Of a stretch of 64,000 bases of DNA, positions 60,393-64,000 are shown in pieces; the stretch's first letter is position 1; each line of letters opens with the position of its first letter. The notes beneath the pieces were generated by a model. It saw nothing but the letters and a program-made list of their open reading frames with translations. It made no database searches and had not been told where the DNA came from. Position numbers and translations under genes: made by a program. Origin of the DNA: Bacteroidota bacterium (GTDB lineage Bacteria > Bacteroidota > Ignavibacteria > UBA10030); contig JBEKNC010000002.1 of assembly GCA_049523215.1 (NCBI GenBank), positions 127,963 to 191,962 of the forward strand, in the 5' to 3' direction.

Positions 60393-60412
60393 ATTCTTAA
60401 CCTCTTGAGTTG

Positions 60413-60639
60413 CCACCTAACGGATGGCAACTAAGCTGCGGCAACGAGAAGCCGCAATTTTCTGAAAACGAACCAAGTTCATACTGATAAGTTTATTATT
60501 AAACATCTAAACCTCTATTAGCCATACTTAACGCACCACGCTCATTCAAATTTAGTATCGCGCTTTGCGCGATTCAATTATCTGGACAAGCCGAGCTTGC
60601 CTGCCCCGCTGTTTTCTAGCGGGGAGCGCCTGGTTAGGC
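60413..60639 (-). repeat. attC-like site E6 (longest, 227 bp)
   Basis: ACCTAAC GGATGG CAACTAAGCTGCGGCAACG…AACGAACCAAGTTCATACT…ATCGCGCTTTGCGCGAT…CCCCGCTGTTTTCTAGCGGGG AGCGCC TG GTTAGGC. Confidence 0.75.
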
Positions 60640-60680
60640 AACCACTACCGCAACAATCTCTACACAACATTAAAAGTTAC

Positions 60681-60953
60681 TCAATGAGAATTATTTTGAG
60701 TGCTATCCTTCAGCCGCAGGAGAGGTGTATATAACTCACGGTTCAGAGAATCGAGTTTTCTCTGACCCATTTCTTCTTTAGCTGGTTTATGTTTTTTGAG
60801 TTTCTGCTTAGGTGCTTGTATCTTCGATTTATTTCTCTGAGCACCTGTGGTATCTGACGATGCAGGTGTGGACTTCTTTTCCTGTGCGGCATTTGCCGGT
60901 AGGATACAGAAGGTGAACCCAAAAGCCAGAACGATTATAATAATTTTTTTCAT
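60681..60953 (-). CDS. small secreted Lys-rich protein (cassette 6)
   Basis: Signal peptide MKKIIIIVLAFGFTFCILPANA, then a low-complexity K/Q-rich region. Confidence 0.5.
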   Translation of the reverse strand: MKKIIIIVLAFGFTFCILPANAAQEKKSTPASSDTTGAQRNKSKIQAPKQKLKKHKPAKEEMGQRKLDSLNRELYTPLLRLKDSTQNNSH

Positions 60954-60976
60954 ATATATTCTCCAGACAGGTGGTT

Positions 60977-61134
60977 GCCTAACGGATGGCGGCTAAGCTG
61001 CCGCACTGAATATTATCAAAATACACAAAACGAAAAAAGTTCATGCTGAAAAGTTTATTATTAAAAACTAAAACCTATGCAAGCCATGCTTAACGTCGTA
61101 CGCTCATTCGGTCAGCTTGAGCCGCTGGTTAGGG
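60977..61134 (-). repeat. attC-like site E7
   Basis: GCCTAAC GGATGG CGGCTAAGCTGCCGC…AACGAAAAAAGTTCATGCT…CAGCTTGAGCCGC TG GTTAGGG. Confidence 0.75.
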
Positions 61135-61143
61135 CGCACGTTA

Positions 61144-61746
61144 TTAATGCAAGTAATTAAATGACAATGGACTATACTTAAAATTGTGATGCCAATACAT
61201 TTTTATATTTGGCGAATTTAATATTCGATTGTTAGCGTGAATATCTTTAATCGAAAACACAATGCTGTCCTTCATTTTATAGCTAACATCGTATAGCAAC
61301 ACAATGTGTTTTTCATTGGGCGTTATAAATACTGTATCACTAATTGAGCAAGCCCTTGATTGCTTACCGCTTGTATTTGTATATATTTCGCGAGCATTTA
61401 TTATGGTGGGGGAGTTTATACAAGAATTACAAAGGGATACTTTTTTCAAGTCCATTTTCATAGTATCCATGTATGTCGAGAGTATAAGATCAACTTCTAC
61501 TGGCCCCAAATCATGCGGCGCGATAAGACCAAATGGAAATAATGGTACTAACGGCGGACCAATCGCAAAGAATGCATCAGACGACATGGAAAGACGGATA
61601 TTTAAGTTATCTTTTGAGCATTGAATAAAGTCTTGTGATTTGCCGGAATTATTTCCTTCAGGATTCCATTCATTATGACGTTCTATATTAGAACATCCAT
61701 ATAACATAAAAGATAAAACAAGAAGTATAAATAATATGCTTTTCAT
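61144..61746 (-). CDS. hypothetical lipoprotein (cassette 7, closest to the integrase-proximal end; AT-rich)
   Basis: Lipobox …MLYGCSN. 200 aa with no recognisable family. Confidence 0.5.
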   Translation of the reverse strand: MKSILFILLVLSFMLYGCSNIERHNEWNPEGNNSGKSQDFIQCSKDNLNIRLSMSSDAFFAIGPPLVPLFPFGLIAPHDLGPVEVDLILSTYMDTMKMDLKKVSLCNSCINSPTIINAREIYTNTSGKQSRACSISDTVFITPNEKHIVLLYDVSYKMKDSIVFSIKDIHANNRILNSPNIKMYWHHNFKYSPLSFNYLH

Positions 61747-61754
61747 TTTATTTG

Positions 61755-61800
61755 CCGTGCGCCCTAACTACTGATTAGATAGACTCAGTCTATCTTTTGC
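61755..61800 (-). repeat. terminal core (GTTAGGG / CCCTAAC) followed by a 17-bp palindrome; end of array II, possible attI-like remnant
   Basis: GCGCCCTAAC TACTGATTA GATAGACTCAGTCTATC TTTTGCGC. Only the core half of an attC is present, followed by the perfect palindrome GATAGACT C AGTCTATC. Confidence 0.4.
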
Positions 61801-62107
61801 GCTTATAAGCATGATATATAGACTTTGTGTTTAATATTGTATTTAATTTCTCAAGAACTGTCATTGGCGATCCCCCAATGGTAATAATCAGAGATTTGAG
61901 ATTTTTGCTGGTATAATATACATGTTTATCGATGGGAGGGCAAGGTTAAAAGTAACAACATCCTAAACGGGTGATAGAAGAAAGAAAAGTTCGAAGGGAA
62001 TTTGTAAAAGAACTTAACAAATTGGTAATGATTTGTTCATCGTTTGGAAAAGCGGATTTGCTATTTTATGGCATCAATAATCAACAACAATTTACAAGGA
62101 GGTTCAA

Positions 62108-62257
62108 ATGAAACAATGGTTATCAGCACACATCCTCTCTTCCGATGATTTCATGCCGGAAGATACCTTTCCCCCCAGCAATGAAGAGTTTTATATAACT
62201 CTCAGTATGGTGGGCATTGCTTTAGTGTTATTTGCCGTTATTGTACATTTTCTCTGA
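62108..62257 (+). CDS. small hypothetical membrane protein (49 aa)
   Basis: Strong RBS (CAAGGAGGTTCAAATG). C-terminal TM helix. Preceded by the 23-bp motif shared with 50701. Confidence 0.3.
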   Translation: MKQWLSAHILSSDDFMPEDTFPPSNEEFYITLSMVGIALVLFAVIVHFL

Positions 62258-62401
62258 ACTTGATGTACCTCTTTCATTTGTCATTATCAGGTTATAAAAA
62301 GTTCATGGAAATAGATGTTCATACATTCCCTTCACTTTGACGTATGAAGATGTAAAAAAAATCAATCCACAACTATTCACAAAAAAAAGGAACAACAAAC
62401 A

Positions 62402-63517
62402 ATGAAGAAAACCCTACCAATCATTGCATCCCTGATATTGCTGAGTTCAACAGCAATTTTCGGCCAAGGAAAATTCAGCGGCTACATGTTCGGGGATTAC
62501 TATTATAACGTCGGACGGGATAGTTCTTTTAATCACACTCCACCGTCCAATGCCGCCTCTTCCAGCTCAGCAGCAGGACCGAAAGCATTTCAAGCGTTCC
62601 AGCTCCGCCGTATCTATCTTACGTATGACAATGACATCTCCGAACAATTTACCACCCGGTTTCGATTAGAAGCCGATCAAGCGGCTGCCACAAGTGCACC
62701 GACCGCATCAGGTGATGTTCTCCCCAGCGGCAAAGTCGGTGTGTTTGTCAAAGACGCTTACTTGATGTGGAAAAATATTTTTACCGGCAGCAATTTGATC
62801 TTCGGTGTTCAACCGACTCCCGCGTATGATGTCTCCGAAGCGGCTTGGGGATATCGTTCACTTGAAAAGACAATTATGGATTTGCGCGGGATTGTTTCTT
62901 CGCGCGATCTCGGAATTTCTTTAAAAGGAAAAATCACGGGCGACGGAATGGTTAACTATTGGGCAATGTTGGCAGATGGAAGCGGCAACAATGTAGAGAC
63001 CGATAAATATAAACGCTACTATGCTCATATTCAGTTAAAACCCACAACAAATCTTCAAGCAACTTTATATCTTGATTACAAAGATGCGGCAAATAGTGCA
63101 GCTGGCAAGAATACCAGTACAACAACAACCGCCCTTTTCATTGGATATGCTGAACCGTTTAAGTATAACATCGGCGTTGAAGGATTTATGACATCTCAAT
63201 CAAATTCATTTACTCCTACAGGTGGTTCGTTAGGCTCAAAGAATGGTCTTGGTTTATCTGTGTTCGGCTCGTTCAACATTATTCCTGAACTTGCTGTTGT
63301 TGCCCGTTATGATAATTGGGATCCGAACACCAACAGTGCGACGAATGCAAAAGGCGATATCCGCAATTATGTTATTGCCGGTCTTTCCTGGAAAGTTGAT
63401 AAAAACGTATCCATCATGCCCAACCTCCTATATGAAACATATGAAGCACCCGTTGGCAAAGGTGAACCGGATCCTTCTACGACCGCTCGTCTCACACTGT
63501 ATTATGTATTTCTATAA
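62402..63517 (+). CDS. outer-membrane porin (possibly a phosphate-selective O/P-type porin, given the adjacent pstS)
   Basis: Signal peptide. 371 aa of beta-barrel character ending …LTLYYVFL. Directly upstream of the pstS homolog. Confidence 0.55.
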   Translation: MKKTLPIIASLILLSSTAIFGQGKFSGYMFGDYYYNVGRDSSFNHTPPSNAASSSSAAGPKAFQAFQLRRIYLTYDNDISEQFTTRFRLEADQAAATSAPTASGDVLPSGKVGVFVKDAYLMWKNIFTGSNLIFGVQPTPAYDVSEAAWGYRSLEKTIMDLRGIVSSRDLGISLKGKITGDGMVNYWAMLADGSGNNVETDKYKRYYAHIQLKPTTNLQATLYLDYKDAANSAAGKNTSTTTTALFIGYAEPFKYNIGVEGFMTSQSNSFTPTGGSLGSKNGLGLSVFGSFNIIPELAVVARYDNWDPNTNSATNAKGDIRNYVIAGLSWKVDKNVSIMPNLLYETYEAPVGKGEPDPSTTARLTLYYVFL

Positions 63518-63586
63518 TCAATAACTGAACGGGAATCCCGAAGTCTGATGATTTCGGGATTCTATTTTATAAATAAGGAGATGAAG

Positions 63587-64000
63587 ATGAAATTAGCGAA
63601 AATATTCCTGAGTCTACTCGTTGTAGTTTCACTGGGAAGCGTAGTACAAGCACAATTAAAGCTTAACGGCGCAGGGGCTACATTCCCGTATGTCATTTAC
63701 TCAAAGTGGTTCGATGTGTACAGCAAGGAAAACGGTGTTCAGTTTAATTACCAGTCAATCGGAAGCGGCGGAGGAATTAAACAAACGATTGAAGGAACAG
63801 TCGATTTCGGTGCAACCGACGGCCCGATGTCGAACGATCAACTCAAAGAAGCAAAAGAAAAACAAGGATCCGACGTTTTGCACATCCCGACTGTCATGGG
63901 TGCTGTTGTCGTAACCTATAATCTTCAGGAAGCCGGAAAAGATCTGCATCTCACACCGGATGTACTTGCGCAAATCTATCTCGGCCAAATTACAAAATGG
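63587..64000 (+). CDS. pstS: phosphate ABC-transporter substrate-binding protein PstS (5' part; the gene runs off the window)
   Basis: Signal peptide, then …LNGAGATFPYVIYSKWF…YQSIGSGGGIKQ…GAVDFGATDGPMS…, typical of PstS. AGGAG RBS 7 nt upstream. Confidence 0.85.
   Translation, partial: MKLAKIFLSLLVVVSLGSVVQAQLKLNGAGATFPYVIYSKWFDVYSKENGVQFNYQSIGSGGGIKQTIEGTVDFGATDGPMSNDQLKEAKEKQGSDVLHIPTVMGAVVVTYNLQEAGKDLHLTPDVLAQIYLGQITKW

Larger units (their letters stand above)
54339..61768 (-). mobile_element. integron-like gene-cassette array II: 7 cassettes and 8 attC-like sites, minus-strand cargo; no intI in the window (CALIN or integrase beyond the window or lost)
   Basis: Every gene between 54.5 and 61.7 kb is separated from the next by a 134-227-bp element. 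Each element reads GCCTAAC/ACCTAAC-GGATCG-GCGCTAAGCTGCGGCG … GCTTGAGCGCC-TG-GTTAGGC, which are the RYYYAAC and GTTRRRY cores, and carries a conserved internal block. All cargo is on the same strand, with start codons 10-45 nt after a core. Confidence 0.65.

Noticed and set aside
54339-61768. The repeat family as MITEs, REP/BIME elements, or transcription terminators
   Set aside because: Three observations favour attC sites, though this was not excluded experimentally. The orientation is strictly coupled to gene direction. The terminal RYYYAAC/GTTRRRY cores are exact. The organisation is one gene per repeat, with starts right after the core. A MITE or REP family would be expected at random intergenic positions.

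Overview
This 64-kb window is a chromosomal segment from what looks like an FCB-group bacterium (Bacteroidota/Ignavibacteriota/Chlorobiota-like). The phylum guess rests on a protein with a type IX secretion system (T9SS) C-terminal sorting domain, a Bacteroidetes-type succinate dehydrogenase/fumarate reductase operon (sdhCAB), many predicted lipoproteins and TPR proteins. Housekeeping genes include a sensor kinase / sigma-54 regulator pair, obg, the sdhCAB operon, ftsX, pheA, recR, ybaB, tRNA-Asn, a GH31 hydrolase, a kinase/OmpR pair, a sodium:solute symporter, a GT4 / phosphoesterase / HAD hydrolase cluster, and a porin followed by pstS. Within this backbone I find two arrays of short, gene-orientation-coupled repeats. 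Each repeat ends in the integron attC core motifs: the inverse core GCCTAAC (RYYYAAC), then an imperfect inverted repeat, then the core GTTAGGC (GTTRRRY). The first array runs 16.8-24.1 kb with plus-strand cargo. The second runs 54.3-61.8 kb with minus-strand cargo and 7 cassettes. A single cassette-like unit carrying a degenerate PLP-decarboxylase homolog sits at 7.8-9.3 kb. Cargo genes are mostly AT-rich. They encode secreted, lipoprotein or membrane proteins (a GH5 cellulase, outer membrane beta-barrels, a beta-propeller lipoprotein, a GLUG/T9SS protein, VOC and M20 enzymes, unknown membrane proteins, and a truncated SPFH gene). No integron integrase gene is visible in the window. This points to attC clusters lacking an integrase (CALINs), or to remnants of a sedentary chromosomal integron in a non-proteobacterial lineage. 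Other oddities are arrays of 8-bp tandem repeats flanking a four-helix-bundle gene and a TPR gene, a DUF559 endonuclease-like gene inserted inside sdhCAB, a three-domain methyltransferase/PAP2/Lgt-like membrane fusion, a partial upstream copy of the tRNA-Asn 5' half, and a 23-bp motif shared upstream of two genes. All calls come from reading the supplied sequence and ORF track by eye; no searches were run.
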